Below are positions 1 to 9,246 of a stretch of DNA of 32,000 nucleotides, piece by piece. Numbering within the stretch: the first letter of the stretch is position 1; the number at the start of each line of letters is the position of its first letter. The stretch lies in the NCBI RefSeq assembly GCF_003945235.1, contig NZ_RSDW01000001.1:2970001-3002000 (forward strand). Direction: 5' to 3'. A program made the translations under genes and the position numbers. The notes below the pieces were generated by a model. The model was not told the DNA's origin, searched no databases, and was given only the letters and a program-made list of their open reading frames with translations. Source of the DNA: Edaphobacter aggregans (GTDB taxonomy: Bacteria; Acidobacteriota; Terriglobia; Terriglobales; Acidobacteriaceae).

Positions 1-328
1 TCTATGGCGCATCGCCTTGGGCCAGTACCCGGAGCTGGTCGCAAAAGGCATGCCCGACACTGGCAGCGAGAACTACGGTGGTCCCATCGTCACAGCAGGG
101 GGCCTGCTCTTCATCGGCGCCACCAACTTCGACAAGAAATTCCGAGCCTTCGACAAAACTACCGGCAAGCTGTTATGGGAGACCACCCTCCCCTTCGCGG
201 CCAACGCAACCCCAGCCACCTACGAGGTCAACGGCCGCCAGTACGTCGTCATCGCAACTGGTGGCAGCACGATGAACCCAAGAGGCCCCATCGGCGGAGT
301 CTATGTCGCCTTCGCTCTCCCACAGTGA
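1..328 (+). CDS. PQQ-dependent (quinoprotein) dehydrogenase, C-terminal fragment; the 5' end lies outside the window
   Basis: The frame is open from the window edge to TGA 326-328. The beta-propeller-like tail [56 protein letters not shown] is typical of PQQ glucose/sorbosone dehydrogenase family C-termini. Confidence 0.7.
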   Translation, partial: LWRIALGQYPELVAKGMPDTGSENYGGPIVTAGGLLFIGATNFDKKFRAFDKTTGKLLWETTLPFAANATPATYEVNGRQYVVIATGGSTMNPRGPIGGVYVAFALPQ

Positions 329-343
329 GCAGTCGGTCAAAAC

Positions 344-1957
344 CTAGGCACCTGCCGCCACCACCTCAAACGGCCGCATCATCTCGTTGTCCTCGTGCTC
401 CAGAAGGTGGCAGTGCCACACGTATCGCCCCGTGTAACCTTCAAACGGCACAATAATTCGCGTCACCTGGCCCTTATCGCAACGCACCGTGTCCTTCCAC
501 CCCGCCTCTTCGGGAGCGGCTGGTGTCGCAGCCCCGCTATAACGCAGCTCGCCTGTATCTTGAAACTGAAACACATCAAAGCTCCGCCGATCCAGCAGCT
601 GAAACTTCACCAGGTGCAGATGGATCGGATGCGAATCTTCCGTCAGATTCACAAGCTCCCATATCTCCGTCGTGTCGATCACCGGCTTCTCTGTCACCGG
701 CATATGCCACGGAGTATTGTTCAGCATCATCCCCATCGACTGCTGCACCTTATCCATCGTCTCGTCCAGCGTCAACCGCCGCGTCTTCACCGCCCTGCTC
801 TCTGGAATCCGCTCTATCGTCCGCAGCACCGGTGGCAACGAGCTGGTATCCCCCGACCCCGACGCCGCCACGCGGAACTGCATGATGTCGAAGCTGTCGC
901 TCTTCAGCACAATCTTCTCCCCGGCATGCGCGCTGAAGTCGAACACGATATCCGCCCGCTCTGCCGGAGCCACCAGCGCCCGCTTCATCTTCACCGGAGC
1001 ACCCAGCAATCCCTGGTCGCCTCCAATCAGATGCATCTCCAACAGATTGCCAAACGAGAGCCGGAAGAACCGCGCATTCGACCCATTCATCACGCGAAAA
1101 CGATATTTCCGCGGCTCCACATCCAGATAAGGCGAGAGCTTCCCATTGGCCAGCATTACATTGCTGTACACCTCCGGCACCCACGGCGACTTTGGATCTC
1201 CCGACACCGGATACTCCAGCTGCCCGTCTGACCGTAGAAATCGGTCGAACAGCATCAGTGGAACCTCATACTTCCCTTTCGGCAGATTCAGCTTGTCTTC
1301 CGTCTCATCGCGAACCACAAACAGCCCTTGCAGTCCCGCATAGATGTTCAGCCGATTAATCCCCATCGTATGGTCGTGATAAAACAGCAGCGCACCATCC
1401 TGCTTGTTCGGATAGTGATACACAAGCGACTTCCCCGGCACCACCCAGTCTTCCGGATACCCATCACTCGCTGCCGGCGTCCGCCCCCCATGGACATGAA
1501 CCACGCAGCGAACCTCAGGCTTGTCCGGCTCGGCGCCATGCAGCGTATGGTCAATCGGCAAAAAGTGCTTCACCGGAAGCTCATTCGCCCACTCCACCAC
1601 CAGGCCCTGCCCACTCTTCGTCTCAAATATCGGCCCGGGCGACGAGCCGTTGAACCCCCACATCCGCGTAGCAGGAAGATCACGATGCACCTTCTGATGA
1701 ATCTCCTGCATTGCTACCCGATAGAACGGAAGCTCTTTCTTCGCATCATCCGGATCCGGCCGCAATCCGCTGCTCTTCACCACCACAGGAATCGGCAGCG
1801 CATCCACATACGGCGTCAACTTATTCGGATCGAGTGCCATCGACGGGGGCACCATCCCGCTCGCTACCGCAGCCTTCTCAAATGACAACCCAGTCGCCAG
1901 AACTCCAGCGCGCCGCAAAAACCTTCTTCGAGAAATCAACCCGTTCGCCTCTCTCAT
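344..1957 (-). CDS. Multicopper oxidase (CotA/bilirubin-oxidase-like), Tat-exported
   Basis: All four copper-binding motifs are visible: HVHGG, YHDHT, HPIHLH and HCHLLEHEDNEMM. There is a twin-arginine signal, SRRRFLRRAGVLATG. I trimmed the start to ATG 1957; ATG 1996 and TTG 2023 are alternatives. Confidence 0.85.
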   Translation of the reverse strand: MREANGLISRRRFLRRAGVLATGLSFEKAAVASGMVPPSMALDPNKLTPYVDALPIPVVVKSSGLRPDPDDAKKELPFYRVAMQEIHQKVHRDLPATRMWGFNGSSPGPIFETKSGQGLVVEWANELPVKHFLPIDHTLHGAEPDKPEVRCVVHVHGGRTPAASDGYPEDWVVPGKSLVYHYPNKQDGALLFYHDHTMGINRLNIYAGLQGLFVVRDETEDKLNLPKGKYEVPLMLFDRFLRSDGQLEYPVSGDPKSPWVPEVYSNVMLANGKLSPYLDVEPRKYRFRVMNGSNARFFRLSFGNLLEMHLIGGDQGLLGAPVKMKRALVAPAERADIVFDFSAHAGEKIVLKSDSFDIMQFRVAASGSGDTSSLPPVLRTIERIPESRAVKTRRLTLDETMDKVQQSMGMMLNNTPWHMPVTEKPVIDTTEIWELVNLTEDSHPIHLHLVKFQLLDRRSFDVFQFQDTGELRYSGAATPAAPEEAGWKDTVRCDKGQVTRIIVPFEGYTGRYVWHCHLLEHEDNEMMRPFEVVAAGA

Positions 1958-2044
1958 TACACACAAACAAAGGAACGAGGGGTGCGGAGACAACATCTCT
2001 CCGGCACCCTTCGTTCCGATCAAATCCTATCTTCTACGCAACAA

Positions 2045-3631
2045 CTACTGGTTCACAGGACGACCCGTATTTTCGTTTAGCAAGAAGGTCCCGCCCTGCG
2101 GATTCTTGAAGTCGAACATATTCAGCAGCGTTCCCGCACGGCTGTCGAACGAACCATCGATCCGCTGGCTATCGACCCAGTTGTCTTCAACGAACCGAAG
2201 AATTGAGCTCTGATCCGTGATTGTGTGGTCAACGAAGTTCTGCTTCGCATACGGCGAGATCACCAGCAGTGGCAGCCGAGGACCATACCCGCAGCGCCCC
2301 TGCGCATGCAGCGAAGTGATCGACGACAACGCCGTCGAGCCGTCTCCGCACGAACCCGTCGCAACCAACGCATCCGCAGCCGTCGTCGACTGGTTCACAA
2401 TCGGACTCATCTGGTGATCGTACCAACCGTCCGAGTCGTCATACGCAATCACGACCGCTGTCTTGTCCCAGTCCTTCGACTGCTGCAGCAGGTTGATCAC
2501 GTGCACGACGAACGTCTGCTCATCCAGCGGATCCGAATAGCCGGCATGGCCATCCTGATACCCAGGAGCTTTCAGAAAACTGACCGAAGGAAGATTGCCC
2601 GCGTTCACGGCAGCATAGAAATCATTGATGTCGTACTGGTGGTTCGCCGCATCATCAAAGCCGATCATCTTCACCGACGATGGCCGCGTGTGCTTCGGGT
2701 TCGCTGTCGAAGCGTAGTACTGGAACGGCTGATGATGAGGAATGTAGTCGGCCTTCTTCGTCAGCGTGACCGCCGAGGTCGTCGAACGGCTGCAGCCCGT
2801 CGATCCATTGGAATTCGTAACCGTCAGGTCGAACCCGCCGGAGAAGAAGCCCCACGTTACGCCCTTAGCATTCAGCAGATCGCCAATGTTCTGGCCGCCG
2901 AACTGCACCGTCCCTGTGCCAGAGCACACATCGCCGATCGGGTCCGCATCGCTGATCAGTGTCTGTCCGCCGTTTCCATCCGGAACAACCGAGTCACCCG
3001 CGCTGATCGAATCAACAATCCCGCCCGTCTGTCCCGAGATCAGGTTGATCGCGCCGGGCGTCGAAGGCCCGAAGTTCGTGTCATAGGAGTTGTCGCTCAT
3101 CGCATACTGCTGCGCATAGTTCCAGAGCGCAGTCACCGTATTGCCGTCATAGTAGCCCATCACCAAACCATTGGTGGTCTGCCCGTTCGGCGGAGGTCCG
3201 GGCGTTCCCGTGTACTTCGGAAATCCATCCATCAAGCCGCCATGGAACGCCTGCTGTTCCGGCGTATAGTCGTGATCCTGATCCGCTGTTGCGGCCTCCG
3301 ACCGATCCAGACGGAACGGATTGGATGCCCCGGCTCCATTCAGCGCCTTATTCAAAAAGTTCGGATTGTTGTACAGCAATGCATCCGTATAACCATTCAC
3401 CGACGGCGTCCCCGCAGCCGTCTTGAACTTCGGCTCGCCCGGAGGATTCAACGCAACAGGATAAGTGCCAAAGTAGTGATCGAAGGAGACGTTCTCCTGA
3501 AAGATCACCACAAGATGTTTGATCGGCGTGGCAGTCGCTCGGGAGTTGGCTTGCGCATTCGCGACAGCCGGCCCCGCAATCTGTCCAGCCACCAGCAGCG
3601 TGGCCAAAGAACTCGCAATAAGTTTCTGCAT
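2045..3631 (-). CDS. Phosphoesterase-family enzyme (non-haemolytic phospholipase C / AcpA-type acid phosphatase), secreted
   Basis: The signature IKHLVVIFQENVSFDHYFGTYP is present. ATG 3631 lies 6 nt after AAGGAG and gives the signal peptide MQKLIASSLATLLVAGQIAGPAVANAQA. The longer track start at 3727 is unlikely. Confidence 0.8.
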   Translation of the reverse strand: MQKLIASSLATLLVAGQIAGPAVANAQANSRATATPIKHLVVIFQENVSFDHYFGTYPVALNPPGEPKFKTAAGTPSVNGYTDALLYNNPNFLNKALNGAGASNPFRLDRSEAATADQDHDYTPEQQAFHGGLMDGFPKYTGTPGPPPNGQTTNGLVMGYYDGNTVTALWNYAQQYAMSDNSYDTNFGPSTPGAINLISGQTGGIVDSISAGDSVVPDGNGGQTLISDADPIGDVCSGTGTVQFGGQNIGDLLNAKGVTWGFFSGGFDLTVTNSNGSTGCSRSTTSAVTLTKKADYIPHHQPFQYYASTANPKHTRPSSVKMIGFDDAANHQYDINDFYAAVNAGNLPSVSFLKAPGYQDGHAGYSDPLDEQTFVVHVINLLQQSKDWDKTAVVIAYDDSDGWYDHQMSPIVNQSTTAADALVATGSCGDGSTALSSITSLHAQGRCGYGPRLPLLVISPYAKQNFVDHTITDQSSILRFVEDNWVDSQRIDGSFDSRAGTLLNMFDFKNPQGGTFLLNENTGRPVNQ

Positions 3632-3790
3632 TGACATCTCCTTTAGTGTGAGGCCGCATCCGGGCCATCCCAAGGAGTAGTCGACTTTTATGAATAAGTT
3701 GTGACGATATCGTTTCGTCCCAAACAAAAATTAGCCCGACTCACTTTAGCTCATGGCTTACGCGGCTCTACACGCATCGGCCCCAGTGCG

Positions 3791-4984
3791 CTAGTTGATG
3801 AAATCGATCGTCCGCCACTCGCTCAGCGTCACCACACCAGCCTTGTTCACGCTCCACACCCGCCATCGATGTGGCTGCTGGCCCACCCCAAAAGGCTCCT
3901 CCATGCGAGTTATTCGAGCACCGTCTTTAGCCGGTACCCAATACATCAGCGATGGCGACCACATCTTCCGTCCAGGATCGAAGTACTGCGACTCAACTCC
4001 ATACAACTCACCGGGATTGCCCTCTTGCTCAAACGCGATCTCCGTCTTGGGAAAGCGCGTCACGCGCTCGCCATCACCGGGAGCCAGCAGTGTGACACTC
4101 GAGCTTCCCTTTGGAGCGTCCCGTTTCAGGCCGATCGAATCGATTGTGGCAAACATCTGTTCGATCGTCGGCAATGGTCCTTCCGGCACCAGCAGGAGCA
4201 CCCTCCAGCCCCCGTCTTCTTTCCGCAAGACCATAAAAGAGTGGAGGACCCCAAAGGAATCTTCCCCCTGCTCCAGAGTGGATGCCAAAACGTACGCCAG
4301 CCGTTCATTGCCACCCACCTTCTCGATCTGCGAGGTATAGCTCTGTTTCCCGCCCTCCCGCATCTGATTCAGACGGACCCAATTCCATGCAAAGGTCGAA
4401 ACCGCGGTATCCAGCGCGTCTTGAGGAGGTCGCACGGGAAACGAACCAAACGCCTCCATCACTCCTTTAGCGACCGCCTGAACCGCCGCTTCGTCGGCAG
4501 ACGTCAGGAGCTGCGTCGCCGACAACCCAGCCTTCCACTCTGGAGACTGCTCCAGCCAAACCAGAAAAGCCTCCCCAACCTTTCCATCAGGAGCATCTTT
4601 CAAGACCATCCACCAGCCTCTGTCCCCGCGCCGTGGCCGGCCAGCCATCTCCCTCATTCGCCCCGAACTCATCAACGGGCGTTCCTGTGCAGCGTTATCT
4701 GCGAAGACAGCATCGGGTAGAGTCCCATTTTGCCGCGCTGTGTCGATAGCAGGCAGGAGTGCGTTCGGGGGAAACGCCTGCCATTGGACCTGCAGCTTTG
4801 GATAGTCTTTCTTCAACTCCGCGACAAGGCCGTCGCCGTCGAAGGGCCGTCTGCTCGAAACCCAGAACGTCAGCTTCCCGTCGCGTAATGCTTCATACCG
4901 GTCCGGCGTACGCTGCCCCGCAAGAACCTGTCCTGTGCTCCAACCCAGCACAACCCACGCCGCTACTCGCAGAAAAACTCGCAC
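3791..4984 (-). CDS. Hypothetical secreted protein
   Basis: This is a long ORF with the same C-ending codon bias as its neighbours. GTG 4984 follows GGGAGG by 5 nt and gives a signal-like N-terminus, MRVFLRVAAWVVLGWSTGQVLA. I recognise no family. Confidence 0.55.
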   Translation of the reverse strand: MRVFLRVAAWVVLGWSTGQVLAGQRTPDRYEALRDGKLTFWVSSRRPFDGDGLVAELKKDYPKLQVQWQAFPPNALLPAIDTARQNGTLPDAVFADNAAQERPLMSSGRMREMAGRPRRGDRGWWMVLKDAPDGKVGEAFLVWLEQSPEWKAGLSATQLLTSADEAAVQAVAKGVMEAFGSFPVRPPQDALDTAVSTFAWNWVRLNQMREGGKQSYTSQIEKVGGNERLAYVLASTLEQGEDSFGVLHSFMVLRKEDGGWRVLLLVPEGPLPTIEQMFATIDSIGLKRDAPKGSSSVTLLAPGDGERVTRFPKTEIAFEQEGNPGELYGVESQYFDPGRKMWSPSLMYWVPAKDGARITRMEEPFGVGQQPHRWRVWSVNKAGVVTLSEWRTIDFIN

Positions 4985-5252
4985 ATCCGCCTCCCGGCGC
5001 GTCCATTTACATCCGCTCAAATATATACCTAAGGTTCGTATTTTCTGGTGTTTCCGCAAATGACGCTTCAATAAGGAGGATCGAAAAGCTGGCTGCTAAC
5101 TTAGCCAAAAGCCACTTCATCAGACAACCGCTATCAATTTCCGCAACCGAATCCCTGTCAAGCCCCAAATACGCGAATCCCCGCGCCAATCCTCACGAAT
5201 CACGTGCCGATCGATTCCACTCGAATCGATACAATAGATATAGCGAACAAAT

Positions 5253-5284
5253 GAAAGGCCCCGGAAACCATTCCAGGGCCTTTC
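5253..5284. terminator. Perfect 9-bp hairpin, a possible bidirectional terminator
   Basis: GAAAGGCCC (5253-5261) pairs with GGGCCTTTC (5276-5284) around a 14-nt loop. T-containing tracts follow on both strands. Confidence 0.4.
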
Positions 5285-5389
5285 TACTTCTGAACGAGAT
5301 ACTAATCTAAGCCGTTTACCTACAATATCTTGCCGATAAAACACCTGGAATGAATACTTTGCCTAAGCATCGCACCCTTAAGTCCTTCA

Positions 5390-5430
5390 ATAAGAATACT
5401 TTGGTACCAACCCAGGAGGGAGTTGGTACC
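5390..5430 (-). terminator. Hairpin terminator candidate downstream of the M28 peptidase gene
   Basis: GGTACCAAC (5403-5411) pairs with GTTGGTACC (5422-5430). It starts 9 nt after the stop at 5440 and is followed on the minus strand by AAAGTATTCTTATT. Confidence 0.4.
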
Positions 5431-5439
5431 AGGACTTAG

Positions 5440-7224
5440 CTACTTGCTGTCCGGCTTGGCAACCGCGCCCGGATAGATCCCCGGAATCGGAGCCGTCATC
5501 TCCCTTTCCTTCTCAGGATGCGGGAATGGCTTGCGTGGCAGCATCGCCTCGCGCTCGCTCGTGTTGTAGAGGAAGATCGCCTCGACCACCGCAGCCTGCT
5601 CCAGGTCGTAAGGATGCAGCCGGTCGTACGTGTCCATGTTCGAGTGGTGCGTGCGCGTTTCGTAGTCCATCGGGTCCTGAATGAACTGGAAGCCGGGCAA
5701 GCCAACCGCATCGTACGACAGGTGGTCCGTGCCACCTGTGTTGCGAAGCGAGATTGTCGTCACGCCCAGGTCCTTCAGCGGTGCAATCCACTGCCGGAAG
5801 ATCGGAGCGATCGCCGTGTTCTCCTGCGTGTACACGCCACGAACCATACCCGTGCCGTTGTCTAGGTTGAAGTACCCGTCCAACGTCTCCCACTCCCGGG
5901 TCGTCGTCAGCTTGCCGCGCTGGCGCATGAAGCCGGGAACGCTGGCCGGTTCAGGATGCTCCGGCTCTGCAAACGTGCCGAAGTGCTGCTTCACATAGCC
6001 CTGCGAACCGTACAGGCCCTGTTCCTCGCCTGACCACAACGCGATCCGGATCGTGCGACGCGGCTTCACGCCAAGCGCCTTCAGGATGCGCACAGCCTCC
6101 ATCGCCACCACGGAACCCGCGCCATTGTCCGTCGCGCCCGTGCCGGAGATCCAGCTATCCAGATGCCCGCCAACCATAACCACCTGGTCCTTCAGCTTCG
6201 GATCGGTGCCAGGAATTTCGGCAACGGTATCGAAGCCATGCTCGTGATCGCCCGTGAACTTCGTCTCGATGTTCACCTCAAGCGTCACCGGCACATGGTT
6301 CTGCAACAGCCGGCCCAGCCGGTTGTAGTGCTCGATCATCATCACGGCATTCGGAATCGTGACCGCCGTCTCCTTCACCTGCGCGCCACGCACGAGATTC
6401 GCCCCGTTGTCGTCGAAGATGATCCCTGTGCCGCCGCCCTTACCGCCATCGCGCGAAGGCGTAATGATCGCGGCGACGCCTTCTTCAGTCATCATCTTCA
6501 GCGCCGCTGTACGAACCGCAGCCAGCCGCGCACGATCAGCCATCAACTGCTGAACATTAGGAGCACCCGCACGCCCGGCACCCGTCGGATAGGTCTCCAT
6601 CTCCGCCAGCTCCTCGGTCGTATACCGATGGAACAGCGGCTCGGTCAGGTCAGGCGTCGGACGCATCGCACCAAACAGAACGATCTTGCCCTTCAGCTTG
6701 CCCTTGTACTTATCGAGTTCTTTGACATCCTGAATATCAAGGTAGACGGCCTCGCCCGACACCGGCCCGCTCGTCGCTGGAGACCACGGTGCTGCCTGCG
6801 CCATCAGCGGAGCCGTATCCGGAGTCACCATACGGATCCACGTATTGATCTGCTGCCAACCCATGCCGAACTCGCCCCAATCCTCCAGGTGCGCGTTCTC
6901 GAGGCCGATCGTCGTCAGAGTGTCCTTGGTCCATGCATTCGCCTTCGCCATGTTCGGCGAGCCCGTCAGCCTCGGACCGATCCCATCCGCCAGCGCCCCG
7001 GCAAACTGCATTACGTGCGAGTGCTTGAAACCCTCGTCTCGAATCTTTTGATACATCGCAAGGTCGATATTCTCCAGCGCTGGCTGAGCGCCATAGTACG
7101 AAGGAGTCTCGGTAACAGCCGCCACCGGATCCTTCTTCTTATCGGCAGCAACGGACGGTACAACGAGACCTGCGATGGCAGCCGTGCAACAGCTCCAGCG
7201 CGCAAAACTGCGAGCGAATGACAT
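5440..7224 (-). CDS. M28-family metallo-aminopeptidase, secreted
   Basis: Motifs GGHLDSW, TDNGAGS, SGEEQGLYGS and HHSNMD are present. ATG 7224 is preceded by GGAGGA and gives the signal-like N-terminus MSFARSFARWSCCTAAIAGLVVPSVAA. Confidence 0.85.
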   Translation of the reverse strand: MSFARSFARWSCCTAAIAGLVVPSVAADKKKDPVAAVTETPSYYGAQPALENIDLAMYQKIRDEGFKHSHVMQFAGALADGIGPRLTGSPNMAKANAWTKDTLTTIGLENAHLEDWGEFGMGWQQINTWIRMVTPDTAPLMAQAAPWSPATSGPVSGEAVYLDIQDVKELDKYKGKLKGKIVLFGAMRPTPDLTEPLFHRYTTEELAEMETYPTGAGRAGAPNVQQLMADRARLAAVRTAALKMMTEEGVAAIITPSRDGGKGGGTGIIFDDNGANLVRGAQVKETAVTIPNAVMMIEHYNRLGRLLQNHVPVTLEVNIETKFTGDHEHGFDTVAEIPGTDPKLKDQVVMVGGHLDSWISGTGATDNGAGSVVAMEAVRILKALGVKPRRTIRIALWSGEEQGLYGSQGYVKQHFGTFAEPEHPEPASVPGFMRQRGKLTTTREWETLDGYFNLDNGTGMVRGVYTQENTAIAPIFRQWIAPLKDLGVTTISLRNTGGTDHLSYDAVGLPGFQFIQDPMDYETRTHHSNMDTYDRLHPYDLEQAAVVEAIFLYNTSEREAMLPRKPFPHPEKEREMTAPIPGIYPGAVAKPDSK

Positions 7225-7330
7225 ACGTGATGGTCCTCCGGAAGATACGTTGGGTGTGAGCGAAAAGAATAGCAGAATGAACTTTGGACGATTGGCAGCG
7301 CCCGATGGTTTCGTCGCAAACGAAGAAAGG

Positions 7331-7422
7331 CTTAACACCGATCTTCACCGATGCCACCGATAAAGGTTGAGACAAGGGCCTTTTCATTAGGTCTGTTTTG
7401 GATCGGTGTGATCGGTGTTAGG
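7331..7422. repeat. MITE/REP-like palindromic element, copy 1
   Basis: The left arm is CTTAACACCGATCTTCACCGATGCCACCGAT and the right arm is GATCGGTGTGATCGGTGTTAGG. Five CACCGAT/ATCGGTG heptamers sit at 9-10 bp spacing. The element is homologous to 9082-9203. Confidence 0.6.
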
Positions 7423-7456
7423 TTTTTGGGCGCGATGGCGGCAACAAGCGAGATGC

Positions 7457-7771
7457 TTAGCTCCGCCGCGTCAGCCGCCGCACCCAAAGCGTCCCAAGAT
7501 ACCCCAGCGCCACCACCAGCACCACCAACCCAACAGGCAACCCAATCCACTTGTAACTGATCGTCAGGTCCACCGCATGGTGCGTGGCAAGGTTGAAAGC
7601 CAGAATCGTAATGATCCCGAGAAACGTCGAGGCAAAGAACGCCGCAAATCCTGCAGCTGTGCCCATCAACAGGCTCGCGAACCATCCCAGGTCGCCCAGC
7701 GGCACCCCAAACAGGTAACCTTCTCCAAACGTATGCGGAGTCGAGGCTCCGCTCTGCGTCACATGCGTCAT
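7457..7771 (-). CDS. Small integral membrane protein (hypothetical)
   Basis: The 104-aa ORF has three hydrophobic segments (WFASLLMGTAAGFAAFFASTFLGIITILAF, LPVGLVVLVVALGYLGTLW). The competing overlapping ORFs have a junk-like composition. Confidence 0.55.
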   Translation of the reverse strand: MTHVTQSGASTPHTFGEGYLFGVPLGDLGWFASLLMGTAAGFAAFFASTFLGIITILAFNLATHHAVDLTISYKWIGLPVGLVVLVVALGYLGTLWVRRLTRRS

Positions 7772-7790
7772 ACCAGTAGAATACTGCTTT

Positions 7791-8561
7791 ATGGCTGAAG
7801 GCGTTCAAAACGGACTGGTCCTCGCAACTCAGGTTGCCCGCGAAACTGCTGTGCTCAAAGCACCTAACGGCATCAATTACGCAGCATTCGGCGAGACCAG
7901 CATCGACGATCATGACCTCCAGCGCATGGTCCAGGCCGTTCCCACCGCCATCGCTGCCGCGCTCTCACGCAAAACCTACTACTTCGTCCCGCTCGCTATC
8001 AGCGAAAGTCGCGGCAGCGACACGACCCTCATCGCCCCCGCCTACACCCCAGAGCTCGGCGATCAGGCTATCTGCCACCGCAACGTCACCCTCACCGACA
8101 CGGAGGGCGTCTTCATCTCCACCCGTCTTCTCGGCGACCGCTTCGCCCTGGCCTTTGAGTTCTTCATCAACGTCGGCCATGCCTTCGTCGACATCGCCGG
8201 AGTCCCCGCGGTATTCGACCAGCTCGTCTGGAACCAGGTCCTTGCTGATGTCCGCGGCGAAACCAGCCAGGACGCCTGGGAGAGCCGTGCCCAGGCCCTC
8301 AACGGCACAGAAGCCGCAACCGGTAAGACCCCGCAGATTGACGAGAAGGCCAAGAGCACCTTCCTCGAGGCCGCCTTCTCCGACGCCCTCGCCATCTACC
8401 AGCTCTCTCTCTCCGTCGACTTCGACTACTCCGAGCTCCGCGAGCGCGAGTACCCCCTCCTCGCCCCCCAGCCCCTCGCCGAGCGCCTCCGCCTCGTCGC
8501 CAAACTCTTTCCCCCCAACCCTGGCTACGAGTTCTCCATCCGCTACCGTCGACGCGCCTGA
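7791..8561 (+). CDS. Hypothetical protein (256 aa)
   Basis: ATG ORF with balanced composition and C-ending codons. The alternative +1 frame (7834-8601) is P/S/T-rich shadow sequence. Confidence 0.6.
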   Translation: MAEGVQNGLVLATQVARETAVLKAPNGINYAAFGETSIDDHDLQRMVQAVPTAIAAALSRKTYYFVPLAISESRGSDTTLIAPAYTPELGDQAICHRNVTLTDTEGVFISTRLLGDRFALAFEFFINVGHAFVDIAGVPAVFDQLVWNQVLADVRGETSQDAWESRAQALNGTEAATGKTPQIDEKAKSTFLEAAFSDALAIYQLSLSVDFDYSELREREYPLLAPQPLAERLRLVAKLFPPNPGYEFSIRYRRRA

Positions 8562-8623
8562 TTCACCACGCATAAGCCGCCCCACAAAACTGCTACAGTA
8601 GTCGGGAAGACCGGAGCCATCCC

Positions 8624-9070
8624 ATGCCCGTGATCCGCACCTGCAAACACTGTGGCCGCAAAAACCGCGTCTCCGCAAAGCATTTGGCAGAGACCGGCCG
8701 CTGCGGCGAGTGCAAAGCCCCCCTCCCGCCTCTCAATGAGCCCATCCCCGTCGACGCCGAGCTCTTCGACGAAATCACTCAATCCGCAACCGTTCCCGTC
8801 CTGGTCGACTTCTGGGCCGACTGGTGCGGTCCCTGCCGAATGGCCGCACCCGAGGTCGCCCGCACCGCCGCCGACATGGCCGGCCAGGCCATCGTCCTCA
8901 AGGTCGACACAGAGCAGAACCATCCACTCTCAGCCCGCTACAACGTCCGCGGCATCCCTAACTTCGCCGTCTTCCACAACAGCCGCCTCGTAAAACAACA
9001 AGCCGGCCTCGTTGGCCACGATGTCATGGAATCCTGGCTCCGCTCCGCCGCCTCCGAACCTGTGGCCTGA
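8624..9070 (+). CDS. trxC: Thioredoxin 2 with N-terminal zinc finger
   Basis: The N-terminal CKHC...CGEC zinc-finger is followed by the WCGPC active site. GGAG lies upstream of the ATG. Confidence 0.9.
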   Translation: MPVIRTCKHCGRKNRVSAKHLAETGRCGECKAPLPPLNEPIPVDAELFDEITQSATVPVLVDFWADWCGPCRMAAPEVARTAADMAGQAIVLKVDTEQNHPLSARYNVRGIPNFAVFHNSRLVKQQAGLVGHDVMESWLRSAASEPVA

Positions 9071-9081
9071 AAATCTAAAGG

Positions 9082-9203
9082 CCTAACACAGATCTGCACC
9101 GATACCACCGATTTAAAAGACCGATAAAACAACAACGAAAAGATTCTCTTCAAATCCTTGTCTTTCTAATCTTGTTTTTGAATCGGTGAAGATCGGTGTT
9201 AAG
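9082..9203. repeat. MITE/REP-like palindromic element, copy 2
   Basis: The left arm is CCTAACACAGATCTGCACCGATACCACCGAT. The right arm, AATCGGTGAAGATCGGTGTTAAG, is the exact reverse complement of 7331-7353. A TTTT tail follows, directly downstream of trxC. Confidence 0.6.
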
Positions 9204-9246
9204 TTTTACCGTCGTATCGGGCCACAGCACGTCAAGGAGGTTAGCG

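Noticed and set aside
7834-8601. An alternative 255-aa ORF overlapping the 7791-8561 gene, and the minus-strand ORF 7965-8678.
   Set aside because: Their composition is Pro/Ser/Thr/Ala-rich or Gly/Glu-rich and repetitive. The 7791 frame has balanced composition and host-type codon bias.
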